The notes under the pieces: generated by a model
What the model was told of the DNA's origin: nothing
The model's input: the letters and a program-made list of their open reading frames with translations, nothing else
Database searches by the model: none
Position numbers and translations under genes: made by a program
Assembly (NCBI GenBank): GCA_016720855.1
Contig: JADKJU010000005.1
Span: 249,636 to 313,635, forward strand
Origin: Betaproteobacteria bacterium
Lineage (GTDB): Bacteria; Pseudomonadota; Gammaproteobacteria; Burkholderiales; Usitatibacteraceae
Direction: 5' to 3'
Length of the DNA stretch: 64,000 nucleotides
Part shown: positions 8,902 to 18,452 of the stretch, in pieces
Layout of the letters: each line of letters starts with the position of its first letter
Numbering within the stretch: the stretch's first letter is position 1

Positions 8902-10020
8902 TCAGGCCGCGACGAGCGGCTCCGGGTCGCTGAAGGCGTAGCCCAGCGCCTGCGCCACCTCGCGGTACGTGACCTTCCCTTCGCACACGTTCAGGCCGGA
9001 CATCAGATGCGGGTTGGCCGCGAGCGCCTTCTTCCAGCCGAGCGCCGCCAGTTGCTGCGTGAAGGGAAGCGTCGCGTTATTGAGCGCATACGTGGACGTG
9101 CGCGGCACCGCCCCGGGCATATTGGCCACGCAGTAGTGCACCACGCTGTCGACCACGTACGTGGGGTCGGTATGCGTGGTCGCGCGCGACGTCTCGAAAC
9201 AGCCGCCCTGGTCGATCGCCACGTCCACCACCACCGAGCCGGGCTTCATGCGCGCCACGTGCTCTCGCGTGACGAGTTTCGGCGCAGCCGCGCCCGGAAC
9301 CAGCACGCCCCCGATCACCAGGTCGGCCGACAGCAGGTGCGACTCGATGTTGTCGCGGTTTGAAAAGATGGTGATCGCCCGCGCGCCCAGCAGGCGTTCG
9401 ATGCGGCGAAGCGCGTCGATGCTGCGATCGATCACGACCACGATCGCGCCGGTGCCCACGGCGATCTGGGCGGCGTTCGATCCCACCACCCCCGCGCCGA
9501 GGATCACGATCTTGGTCGGCGCCACGCCCGCCACCCCTCCCAGCAGCACGCCCATCCCGCCGTGCGCCTTCTCCAGCGAATGCGCTCCCGCCTGGACGGC
9601 CATGCGCCCGGCGACCTCCGACATCGGCGCGAGCAGCGGCAACCCGCCGCCCTGTTGCGTCACGGTCTCGTAGGCGATGCACACGGCCCCGCTCGCCACG
9701 AGACCCTTGCACTGCTCGGGGTCCGGCGCCAGGTGAAGGTAGGTAAAGAGGACCTGCCCCGGCCGCAGCCGCCCGATCTCGACCGGTTGCGGCTCCTTCA
9801 CCTTCACGATCAGGTCGGCGGCGGCGAACACCTCGTCCGCCCCCGGCAATATCGTGGCGCCCGCCTTCTCGTAGACCGCGTCCGTCGCGCTGATGCCCGC
9901 GCCGGCGCCGCGCTCGACCACCACCTGGTGTCCTTGCGCCACGAGCTCGCGCACCGCGGAAGGCGTGAGGCCCACGCGGTATTCGTGGTCCTTGATTTCC
10001 TTCGGTACGCCGATGCGCAT
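8902..10020 (-). CDS. ald: alanine dehydrogenase
   Basis: I prefer the start MRIGVPKEIKDHEYRVGLTP (canonical Ald N-terminus). NAD fold ILGAGVVGSNAA. 372 aa. Confidence 0.9.
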   Translation of the reverse strand: MRIGVPKEIKDHEYRVGLTPSAVRELVAQGHQVVVERGAGAGISATDAVYEKAGATILPGADEVFAAADLIVKVKEPQPVEIGRLRPGQVLFTYLHLAPDPEQCKGLVASGAVCIAYETVTQQGGGLPLLAPMSEVAGRMAVQAGAHSLEKAHGGMGVLLGGVAGVAPTKIVILGAGVVGSNAAQIAVGTGAIVVVIDRSIDALRRIERLLGARAITIFSNRDNIESHLLSADLVIGGVLVPGAAAPKLVTREHVARMKPGSVVVDVAIDQGGCFETSRATTHTDPTYVVDSVVHYCVANMPGAVPRTSTYALNNATLPFTQQLAALGWKKALAANPHLMSGLNVCEGKVTYREVAQALGYAFSDPEPLVAA

Positions 10021-10100
10021 GGCGGCTCCGCTGTAGTGGCCGTCATCGGGCCGTTGCAAGGACCTGCGGCGTTCCTATCGACCCGGGCGCTTCGGGGCCG

Positions 10101-10931
10101 TCACGGCCGCTCGCCACGCGCAAGCCGTGCCTCGATGTCGTCCAGGCACGGGATCAGATCGGCAATCGAGTCGATCACGTAGTGCGCACCGCGCTGGTAC
10201 ATGGTCGGATAGATGCGGTCGCGATGCGCCTGCTTCACGCTCTCGGACATGGCGTTCCATTCGGCGAGCGGCACGCCCACCTCGTTGCCGGAGATCGCCA
10301 GGCCGATGGACCACGAGCCCGCGTTGATGCCCTCCTCGATGCCGGTGAGCGTGTCATCGACCTTCACGAGGGATTCGACCGGCGAGACCTGCAGCTCGAT
10401 CATGTTCTTGAGGACCATGTACGGGTACGGGCGGCCGGCAGGCACGTCGCCCGCGCCGCAGGTGTAGTCGGGGACGTAACCCTGCTTCTTCGCATCGGCC
10501 TGGTTGATGGCGAGCATGCCGGGCAGGTAGCCGGAGGTGGAGCCGATCCTGTAGCCCCGCCGGCGGCACTCCGCGATCACGTCGAGCGTGCCCGGAATGA
10601 GCGTCGAGTAATCGGAGAGGCACGCCTCCTGCATCGGCACGAAGTCGGCGAACATCCGGTCCACGTCGGCCGCGGTGGGTTCCTTGCCGTGCTTCTCGAC
10701 CCAGCGCTCCCGCACCGTCGGGATTTCCGAGATTCTCTGGATGTGGACCTTCTTGTGCGCCCCCATCGGCAGGCGGGCTTCGGCCATCGAGATCGGAACG
10801 CCCGCCTTCTCGTAGACCTTGATGAAGACCACCGCGGGCGCCATGCATCCGAAATCCATCGTCGTGCCTGCCCAGTCCAGGACAACGGCCTTCAGCTTGC
10901 CTCGGTACTGCCTCCGATACGTGAACGTCAT
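10101..10931 (-). CDS. phnX: phosphonoacetaldehyde hydrolase (phosphonatase)
   Basis: HAD motif I is VVLDWAGTT (Asp nucleophile). The Schiff-base Lys region is PMGAHKK. I prefer ATG 10931 (GGAG 12 nt upstream) over 10949 or 11036. Confidence 0.85.
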   Translation of the reverse strand: MTFTYRRQYRGKLKAVVLDWAGTTMDFGCMAPAVVFIKVYEKAGVPISMAEARLPMGAHKKVHIQRISEIPTVRERWVEKHGKEPTAADVDRMFADFVPMQEACLSDYSTLIPGTLDVIAECRRRGYRIGSTSGYLPGMLAINQADAKKQGYVPDYTCGAGDVPAGRPYPYMVLKNMIELQVSPVESLVKVDDTLTGIEEGINAGSWSIGLAISGNEVGVPLAEWNAMSESVKQAHRDRIYPTMYQRGAHYVIDSIADLIPCLDDIEARLARGERP

Positions 10932-11154
10932 TTTCGTCTTCTCCGTCATCTGGGAACGGGCCGGTCGCCCATTCGGGTTCGTTGCCTGGCACCACGCCAG
11001 TGTATTGCTTCGTGCTTCATGGAACCAATTCGGCATCGGGCGCGGTTGGGTTGGGAGGCGGCGGGGATGGTTGATCGCAATCCCCCATCCCCGGCCTCCT
11101 CCATTCGCCGCCCATCACCCTTCAATGCCATCGGCCGTCCGCCAAGGCGACGCA

Positions 11155-12288
11155 CTAGGCCGCAGCCCGCAGGGGCGCCATCTTGCTCACCCCCATGTCC
11201 CTGAGCGTCTCGGCCACCGCCCCGACCACGTTACGCATCTCGTTCGCGTCGATCGCGCCGATGCAGCCGACACGGAACGTCTCCACCTTCGTGAGCTTGC
11301 CGGGATAGAGGATGTAGCCGCGCGCCTTCACCTTCTCGTAGAAGGGCTTGAACGCGTAGTTGGGGTCGCCCGGCGCGTGGAAGGTGACGATGACCGGCGC
11401 CTGGATCGCGCGCGGCAGGAACGAGTTGAAGCCCACGCCGGCCATCCCCTCGATGAGGGTCTCGCAGTTCTTCGCGTAGCGCGCGCCGCGCGCCTTCGTC
11501 CCGCCCTCGGCCAGGAACTGATCCAGCGCCGCGCGAAAGGCCGCGACCACGTGCGTCGGCGGCGTGAAGCGCCATTGCGTCGTCTTCTGCATGTACGTCC
11601 ACTGGTCGAAGAGGTCCATGGCGAGCGAGTGCGAGTTGCCCTGGCTCTTCTCCAGGACCGCCTGCTTCACCATCACGAAGCCCATCCCCGGCACCCCCTC
11701 GATGCACTTGCCCGAGGCGGCGATCACCGCATCGATCGGGTATCGGGAAACATCGATGTCGATGGCGCCGAACGAGCTCATCGCGTCCACGATGAGCCCC
11801 TTGCCGTGGCGTGCGCACGCTTCCGCGATTTCCGGCAGCGGGTTCAGGATGCCGGTGCCCGTCTCGCAGTGCACCTGCGCGACGTGCGTGATCTCCGGGT
11901 CGGCCCTCAGCGCGCCGTCGATCATGGCGCCGGTCGGATGCTCGTCCTCCGGCATGTCTAGCGCAACGTGGTCGCGCCCGAGGTACGTGAGGATCTTCAG
12001 GATCCGCTGGCAGTAGGCGCCGTTCTGCGGGACGAGCACCTTGCCGCCTCGCGGCACCACGTTCGCCAGCGCCGCCTCCACCGAGAAGGTGCCGCTTCCC
12101 TGCAGCGGCACGCACACGTGCGAGCCGGCGCCGTGGATCACGTCCACGAGGTCCCTGCAGATGCTGGCGGTGATGGCGTTGAAGCCGGCGTCCCACGAGC
12201 CCCAGTCGCGCAGCATCGCCTGCTTGGTCGCGAGCGACGTGGTGAGCGGGCCGGGGGTGAGGAGGATGGGGTCGTTGCCGAGGATCAT
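11155..12288 (-). CDS. phnW: 2-aminoethylphosphonate--pyruvate transaminase
   Basis: 377 aa class-V aminotransferase. [18 protein letters not shown] and the PLP-Lys context ASGKCIEG. It is adjacent to phnX. Confidence 0.9.
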   Translation of the reverse strand: MILGNDPILLTPGPLTTSLATKQAMLRDWGSWDAGFNAITASICRDLVDVIHGAGSHVCVPLQGSGTFSVEAALANVVPRGGKVLVPQNGAYCQRILKILTYLGRDHVALDMPEDEHPTGAMIDGALRADPEITHVAQVHCETGTGILNPLPEIAEACARHGKGLIVDAMSSFGAIDIDVSRYPIDAVIAASGKCIEGVPGMGFVMVKQAVLEKSQGNSHSLAMDLFDQWTYMQKTTQWRFTPPTHVVAAFRAALDQFLAEGGTKARGARYAKNCETLIEGMAGVGFNSFLPRAIQAPVIVTFHAPGDPNYAFKPFYEKVKARGYILYPGKLTKVETFRVGCIGAIDANEMRNVVGAVAETLRDMGVSKMAPLRAAA

Positions 12289-12303
12289 GAGCGTCTCCTG
12301 GAA

Positions 12304-14043
12304 TCAGGCGCGCCAGCGCTGGGTACGCCGGTCGAGCCACACTTGCAGCACATAGTAGACTCCGCAAACCGCCGCCGAGGTGAAGACGATGAGCGTGGCC
12401 ATCGCCGCCGCCGCGCCAATGTCGCCGGCCTCGTCGAGGTTCACGATCGCGACGGAGGCCACGACCGTCCTGGGCGAGTAGAGGAACATCACCGCCGAGA
12501 CCGTCGTCATCGCATTCACGAACAGATAGCGGCTGATTTCCAGGACGGCGGGCAGGCATACCGGCACCGTCACCCTGAAGAAGGTGCGCCAGAACGGCAC
12601 GCGCAGCGACGCCGACACCGCCTCGAACTCGCTGTCGATCTGCTTGAGCGCCGTGAGCGCCGTGAGATGCGACGACGTGTAGTAGTGCACCGTCGTGCAG
12701 ATGACGAGGATGGTCATGCTGCCGTAGAGCGCGTGCAGGGGATTGCCCTCCTCCACGAAGAAGAAGATGTAGCCCAGCCCCAGCACCATCCCCGGCACGC
12801 CCATGGGCAGCACGGCGAGAAGGCGCACGAAAGGCCGCCAGGCATCCATGCCGCGGGTCTTCTCGAGAAGATAGGCGGTGAGGAAGATGAACGCCGCGCC
12901 GGCCGTCGCGCACCAGAAGCCCATCCGGATGCTGTTCAGGTACGAATCGAACATCCCGGCCTCGACCAGGCCCATGCGGTAGTGGTCGAGCGACATGGCG
13001 AAATCGTACGGCCAGAACTTGATGAAGGAGGCGTACATCGCCATGCAGAGCACGGAGAGCATCACGATCGCGCCGAACCAGCAATAGGCGGACATGGCCA
13101 GGTCGAAGCCGCGCGCCGGCTTGGGCACATAGGGGACGGAGCGCGCCGTGAGGAGCGCCGACTGGCGCTTCTGCACGTAGCCGTCCACCAGGTAGGTGAC
13201 CGCCACGGGCACGAGCAGGATGATCGACACCACGGCGCCCTTGGCGAAGTCCTGCTGGCCGATCACGAGCTTGAAGATGTCGGTGGCGAGCATGTTGAAG
13301 TTGCCGCCGATCACCTTCGGGATGCCGAAGTCGCTCAGGGCGTACGTGAAGACCACCATGCAGGCGCTGATGAGGCCGTACTTTGCCCCCGGCAGGGTGA
13401 TGGTGAAGAACTTGCGCAGGGTGGGGGTGCCGAGCGAGTCGGCCGCCTCGTAAAGGCGCGCGTCCGTGAGCGAGAGCGCCGTCACCAGGATCATGAGCGC
13501 GTGCGGGAAGGTGGCAAACACGAGCGACAGGACGATGCCGGGCGCGCCGTAGATCTGCGTGTCGCCGAGCAGGAACTTCAGGACCCCCTGGTTCCCGAAC
13601 CAGAAGATGAAGGAGATCGCGGCAAGGAGCGAGGGCGCCAGGATCGGCACGAGCGCCACGCTGCGCAGGAGCGCCTTGAGCGGCATGCAGCTGCGCGTGA
13701 GCCCGTAGGCGTACGCGAACGCGAGCGGGATCGTGACGCCGGTCACCAGGGCGGATATCCACACGCTGTTCCAGATCGAGCGCAGGAGCGCAGGCGTCTG
13801 GAAATAGGCGCTGAAGTTCGCGAAGGCGACGAACTCCCCCGCGCGGTCCTGCATGCTCTTCACGAGAATCGTCGCGAGAGGGGCCAGCAGGAAGACGGCG
13901 AGCCCGATCCCGGCCGCGAGCAGGATCGCGTGCGCGATGCGGTCGCTCCAGTGGACGCGCAGGCGCGGCTGGTAGATGCCGCCGAAGAGTTGCGGCGCGC
14001 CCGGCGCGGCCGGGCTGCAGGCGGGATCCGGCGCCGCGCTCAC
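12304..14043 (-). CDS. phnU: 2-AEP ABC transporter, fused double permease
   Basis: 579 aa polytopic membrane protein of iron(III)/AEP-type fused permease architecture. It lies between the ATPase gene and phnW. Confidence 0.8.
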   Translation of the reverse strand: MSAAPDPACSPAAPGAPQLFGGIYQPRLRVHWSDRIAHAILLAAGIGLAVFLLAPLATILVKSMQDRAGEFVAFANFSAYFQTPALLRSIWNSVWISALVTGVTIPLAFAYAYGLTRSCMPLKALLRSVALVPILAPSLLAAISFIFWFGNQGVLKFLLGDTQIYGAPGIVLSLVFATFPHALMILVTALSLTDARLYEAADSLGTPTLRKFFTITLPGAKYGLISACMVVFTYALSDFGIPKVIGGNFNMLATDIFKLVIGQQDFAKGAVVSIILLVPVAVTYLVDGYVQKRQSALLTARSVPYVPKPARGFDLAMSAYCWFGAIVMLSVLCMAMYASFIKFWPYDFAMSLDHYRMGLVEAGMFDSYLNSIRMGFWCATAGAAFIFLTAYLLEKTRGMDAWRPFVRLLAVLPMGVPGMVLGLGYIFFFVEEGNPLHALYGSMTILVICTTVHYYTSSHLTALTALKQIDSEFEAVSASLRVPFWRTFFRVTVPVCLPAVLEISRYLFVNAMTTVSAVMFLYSPRTVVASVAIVNLDEAGDIGAAAAMATLIVFTSAAVCGVYYVLQVWLDRRTQRWRA

Positions 14044-14053
14044 GGGGTCACCA

Positions 14054-15142
14054 TCAGGCGGCGGGCGCTCCGAAGACGCGGATGCGGTCTGCCGGGACGG
14101 CGACCCGCAGCGTGTCGCCGGGTTTCACGCGGAATTCCGCGAGGTCGTTCACGGAAAGGTCGGCGATGAGCGGCTGTGCGATGCCGTTCACGCGCACCGT
14201 GAGCCGCGAGTAGGCGCCCAGGAACTCGATCTTCTCGACCACGGCGGACGCCGAGTTGGCCGTGGCGCCGTTCACGCCGCGCACCAGGACGTCCTCCGGC
14301 CTGAAGAAGACGCGCAGCGCACCGTCCTCGCCGGCCGTGGGGCCCACCACGCATTCGAATCGCTGCTCGCCCACGAGGATGCGGTTGCCGCCGGCGCGCG
14401 ACGCCGGCAGCAGGTTCGTCTTGCCCACGAAATCCGCAGCGAAGGGCGTGGCCGGGTCGCGGTAGATCTCCTCCGGGGTCCCGATCTGCTCGATCGCGCC
14501 ATGATTCATGACCACGATCCGGTCGGCCATCGAAAGCGCCTCCTCCTGGTCGTGGGTGACGAGGATGGTGGTGATGCCCAGCCGCTGCTGCAGCCCGCGG
14601 ATCTCGCCACGCAGGCGAACGCGCACGCGCGCATCGAGGGCCGAAAGCGGCTCGTCGAGGAGCATCAGCCCCGGCGACGTGGCGAGCGCGCGCGCGACCG
14701 CGATGCGTTGCTGCTGCCCGCCGGAGAGCTGGCTCGGGTACTTCGGCCCGCTGTCGGGCAGCCCCACGAGTGCCAGCAGCTCGGCGACGCGCGCCTCCCG
14801 CTCCGCGCGCCTGACACGCCGGTTGACCAGTCCGTAGGCGACGTTTTCCGCGATCGTGAGGTTGGGAAACAGCGCGTACGACTGGAAGACGATGCCGTAG
14901 TCGCGCTTCATCGGCGGCAGGAGGGAAATGTCGCGGCCGGCCTGCACGATCGTGCCGGAGGTCTGGACTTCCAGCCCCGCGATGATCCTGAGCAGCGTCG
15001 TCTTGCCGCATCCCGAGGGCCCGAGGAAGCAGAGCAGCTCGCCGGGCCGCACCGACAGGCTCACGTCCTTCAAGGCGACGAAGGAACCGAACTCCTTGCG
15101 GATGTTTCGCAGGATGAGGAAGTCGGGGGGCGGGGCGGACAT
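14054..15142 (-). CDS. phnT: 2-AEP ABC transporter ATP-binding protein
   Basis: I prefer the start MSAPPPDFLILRNIRKEF. Walker A GPSGCGKTT, signature LSGGQQQR, Walker B MLLDEP. Confidence 0.85.
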   Translation of the reverse strand: MSAPPPDFLILRNIRKEFGSFVALKDVSLSVRPGELLCFLGPSGCGKTTLLRIIAGLEVQTSGTIVQAGRDISLLPPMKRDYGIVFQSYALFPNLTIAENVAYGLVNRRVRRAEREARVAELLALVGLPDSGPKYPSQLSGGQQQRIAVARALATSPGLMLLDEPLSALDARVRVRLRGEIRGLQQRLGITTILVTHDQEEALSMADRIVVMNHGAIEQIGTPEEIYRDPATPFAADFVGKTNLLPASRAGGNRILVGEQRFECVVGPTAGEDGALRVFFRPEDVLVRGVNGATANSASAVVEKIEFLGAYSRLTVRVNGIAQPLIADLSVNDLAEFRVKPGDTLRVAVPADRIRVFGAPAA

Positions 15143-15212
15143 GGTGCTTTTGGAAGCGGACGGGGCCGGAGGGGCGAAGCACGCCCGCCCGGTCCCGGGG
15201 GTCATGCGCGCA

Positions 15213-16238
15213 TCACTTCTCCGACTTCGAGGCGTAGCGCTTCTGCCATTCCGCGAGGATCTTGTCGCGGTTCTTCGCGGCAAAGGCGAAGTCGTTCTTG
15301 ATGAGCTTCTTGTCGAGGTCCGCGGGCAGGTACGGCAGCGCGGGCTTCACGTCGGGGTGGGCGACGATCGCGAAGTTCTTCGAGTAGGCCTGGTTCGCCT
15401 CCTTGGTGACGGTCCAGTCCATGAGCTTCTTCGCGGCGTCCATCTTCTTCGAAGTCTTCACGATGCCGGAGGCCTCGATGTCCCAGCCCAGGCCTTCCTT
15501 CGGGAAGACGAGCTCGACCGGCGCGCCCTTCTGCTTCACGTCGTTGCCGCGGAAGTCGAAGGAGATGCCGACCACGAACTCGCCCGCACCGGACTGGCGG
15601 CAGGGCTTGGAGCCGGAGTGGGTGTACTGCGCGATGTTCTCGTGCAGCTGGTCCATGTACTTCCAGCCGCCTGCTTCGCCCATCGTCTGCAGCCAGGCCG
15701 TCACGTCGAAGTAGCCCGTGCCGGAAGAGGCGGGGTTGGGCATGGTGATCTGGCCCTTGTACACGGGCTTCACGAGGTCGGCCCACGACTCGGGCTTCGG
15801 GATGCCCTTCTTCTTGCCTTCCACCGTGTTGTAGCAGACCACCGCGGCGAATACGTCCATGCCCACCCAGGCCGGCGGGCGCGCCTTGTCGCTGAAGGTG
15901 GCGTTGAGCTTGCCGAAGCCCACCGGCGCGTAGGGTGCCAGCATGCCCTCGGCCTTGAAGATCTCCATCGACGAGGCCGCCACGCCGAAAATCACGTCGG
16001 CCTGCGGATTCGCCTTCTCGGCCAGGAGCTTTGCCGTGACGACGCCCGTGGAATCGCGCACGAACTTGAGCTCGATGTTCGGGTTGGTCTTGTTGAACGA
16101 CTCGCTGTAGGCCTTGAGCTGGTCGGTCTCGAGGGCGGTGTAGACGAGCAGTTCGGTCTTCTGGGCCCAGGCGGCGCCGGCCGTGAAGGCGAGGGCGACG
16201 GATGCGGCAAGGGCGAGCGGACGTAAGACGTGGCGCAT
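15213..16238 (-). CDS. phnS: 2-AEP ABC transporter periplasmic substrate-binding protein
   Basis: 341 aa with a Sec signal (AFTAGAAWA-QK). ...KFVRDSTGVVTAKLLAEKANPQADV... is typical of the AEP-binding protein family as I remember it. Confidence 0.8.
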   Translation of the reverse strand: MRHVLRPLALAASVALAFTAGAAWAQKTELLVYTALETDQLKAYSESFNKTNPNIELKFVRDSTGVVTAKLLAEKANPQADVIFGVAASSMEIFKAEGMLAPYAPVGFGKLNATFSDKARPPAWVGMDVFAAVVCYNTVEGKKKGIPKPESWADLVKPVYKGQITMPNPASSGTGYFDVTAWLQTMGEAGGWKYMDQLHENIAQYTHSGSKPCRQSGAGEFVVGISFDFRGNDVKQKGAPVELVFPKEGLGWDIEASGIVKTSKKMDAAKKLMDWTVTKEANQAYSKNFAIVAHPDVKPALPYLPADLDKKLIKNDFAFAAKNRDKILAEWQKRYASKSEK

Positions 16239-16341
16239 GGGATTCTCCTTCTGGTGGGAACGGTTGCGCGCGGGGCGTCAGGATGGCGCGCCGAGCCCGG
16301 ATTATCGCCGGATTGGCCGCAATCGCAATAGCTCGCCCGTA

Positions 16342-17625
16342 TCAGGGCGCCGGACGGGCCGCGGGCGTGATAGGGAACCCGCGGGGCAACGCCGTTCCCT
16401 CGATCCCGCCGGTCGGAAGGCCAAGGTGACGAAGCATCGTGGGCGCAAGGTCGATGAGGCTCGCTGTGCCTGGCATTGCGCCCCCACGATATCCCCCGCC
16501 CCTCAGCACGAGAAAGGGGCGCTGCTCGTAGGGGCCGAGGCCGCCATGCTGTCCGTTGCCCGGCCGCGATTCGCCGCCGAGGGCATTCTCGGCCACGTCA
16601 CTGCGGCCGCGCACCCCGTAGTCGTTTGGCTCGTCGTCACCGGCAAGGTTCACGGCTACGGCGAGCGTGCCGCCGTTCGGCAGGCCCAGCCCGGAGAGCG
16701 CTTCCCCCGCGAAGACGCGGCCGGCGAAATCCTGCGCCTCCAGCCAACTCACGAGGTCCGGAAGCCTCGCCCTCCCCTCGTCCGCGACATGGATGATGAC
16801 CGCCGTTCCCTGCGGCGCGACAACGACGTCGCGCGAATCGAGCGCGGACTTCAGCCCGGCCTCAACCAGCCTCGCGTCCACGTCAACGCGCCGGCGTATC
16901 GTCTGCATCCCGTGGTCGGAGCACACCACGAGCAGGATGCGCTCGCCGGCGGGATCGAGGCGCTCCACTCGCTCGAGCACGCTTGCAACATTGCGGTCTG
17001 CCTCGCCAATCGCGCCCCGGTGCAGGGGTGAACCCAGGGGCGCATGGTGCCCGGTGTGGTCGGGTTCGGAGAGCCAGAGCACAGCGAGGGGCGGCCGGCG
17101 TCGCTCGATCACCTCGTCGCAGAAGCGCTGCGTCATCACCCGGTCTCCATCGGCACCCACTTCGATGGCAAGGCCATCGTCGAGTCGCGTGCGTCCCGGT
17201 CCGAAGGAGCCAGACCGGTGGTAGACGTAGCCGGCGCCTTCCGGATCGAGGACGTAGGCGGCGCCCGGCGAGACGTTGGACATCGCGACGGCGTGACCGA
17301 GGGGAGCAACGCGTTCGTGCATCGTCGGGCAACCGAGTGCCCGCCCGGTTGCGCGGCGAAGCCGATCGAGGAAATCGGGGCGGCCAACGGAAAAACATTC
17401 GAGCCCGCCCCCCTCGTCGAGCACCATGGTGTTGCCGAGCAGGCCATGGGCGGCGGGCAGGCAACCGGTGGCGATCGAGGCGGCGCTGGTGCGCGTGGTC
17501 GACGGGAACACACCGCGAAACTCGACGAAGTGCGCGCCCTCCTCGCCCAGGCGCGCGAGCGTCGGCGCCGTCTCGCGATCGACGAGATCCGCGCGCAGGC
17601 TGTCGCAGACCACGAGCACGGCCAT
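16342..17625 (-). CDS. alkaline-phosphatase-superfamily phosphodiesterase/pyrophosphatase-like enzyme (NPP/PhnA-like fold)
   Basis: 427 aa. The metal and nucleophile motifs of the AP superfamily are VVCDSLRAD, FPSTTRTS (Thr nucleophile context), EPDHTGHH and CSDHGM. Confidence 0.75.
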   Translation of the reverse strand: MAVLVVCDSLRADLVDRETAPTLARLGEEGAHFVEFRGVFPSTTRTSAASIATGCLPAAHGLLGNTMVLDEGGGLECFSVGRPDFLDRLRRATGRALGCPTMHERVAPLGHAVAMSNVSPGAAYVLDPEGAGYVYHRSGSFGPGRTRLDDGLAIEVGADGDRVMTQRFCDEVIERRRPPLAVLWLSEPDHTGHHAPLGSPLHRGAIGEADRNVASVLERVERLDPAGERILLVVCSDHGMQTIRRRVDVDARLVEAGLKSALDSRDVVVAPQGTAVIIHVADEGRARLPDLVSWLEAQDFAGRVFAGEALSGLGLPNGGTLAVAVNLAGDDEPNDYGVRGRSDVAENALGGESRPGNGQHGGLGPYEQRPFLVLRGGGYRGGAMPGTASLIDLAPTMLRHLGLPTGGIEGTALPRGFPITPAARPAP

Positions 17626-17637
17626 CCGTGCCGTCGT

Positions 17638-18444
17638 TCAAGGGGCGTACCCGTAGTGGTCCCCGGACTTCACCAGCGTGCGCCGGTCGAGGTAGTCGTG
17701 GAAGTGCACCGTCACCTGGTCGGGGTCGATGAGGACGACCGCATAGGCCGGGGGCTCATGGCTCTTCGGCACATCCGTCTCGGTCACGAAGTCGAAAGGC
17801 ACCTGGTGGTTGAGGCCGCGCATCGTCGAGACGGGAATGCGGCGCCAGCTCCCGCACACCGGACGATGCACGTGACCGTAGAACAGGTGCCGGATATTTT
17901 CGCGTCCCTCGACCAGCCGCGCGAAGCGCTCCGGGTCCACGAGCGAGATCCGGTCCAGGCAGGGGATGCCGATGGGAAACGGAGGATGGTGCATGAAGAG
18001 GTACACGGGGCGGCCCGCCGACTCGTCGAGCCGGCGCGTGAGCCACGCGGCGCGCGCATCGCAGTAGCGGCCGCCGTTGACCCCCTCGTCGAGCGTGTCG
18101 AGGAACAGGAAGTCGCCTTCCGGGAGCCGCAACGCGGACTGCACGAATCCGCCTTCGTCGCAGGCGACGTCGGGAAAGACCGCGGCGAACGGCGCGCGCG
18201 CGTCATGGTTGCCGAGGAGCGGATACCAGGGCATCGGCAGCCGCTCGAGCTGGGTGCGAAGGCCGCGGTAGGCCGCCTCCTCGCCCTTGTGCGCCAGGTC
18301 GCCGGTGACCACGCAGAAGCGGGCGTCGGCGTGGTTCGCGACGACGTCGTCGATGCAACTGCGCAGGCGCTCGTAGGGGTCGAGATCGTAGAGCTTCACG
18401 CCGGGCGCGACGAGGTGGGTATCGGTGATGTGGATGATCTTCAT
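17638..18444 (-). CDS. calcineurin-like metallophosphoesterase (GpdQ/CpdA-like phosphodiesterase)
   Basis: 268 aa with all signature blocks: HITDTH, GDLAHKG, GNHD, MHHPP and GHVH. Confidence 0.85.
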   Translation of the reverse strand: MKIIHITDTHLVAPGVKLYDLDPYERLRSCIDDVVANHADARFCVVTGDLAHKGEEAAYRGLRTQLERLPMPWYPLLGNHDARAPFAAVFPDVACDEGGFVQSALRLPEGDFLFLDTLDEGVNGGRYCDARAAWLTRRLDESAGRPVYLFMHHPPFPIGIPCLDRISLVDPERFARLVEGRENIRHLFYGHVHRPVCGSWRRIPVSTMRGLNHQVPFDFVTETDVPKSHEPPAYAVVLIDPDQVTVHFHDYLDRRTLVKSGDHYGYAP

Positions 18445-18452
18445 CGGAGGGG

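Noticed and set aside
11231-14169. Long overlapping ORFs 11231-13762 (-, 843 aa) and 11968-14169 (+, 733 aa) across phnW/phnU
   Set aside because: Same high-GC artefact. The in-frame alternatives give textbook PhnW and permease sequences.
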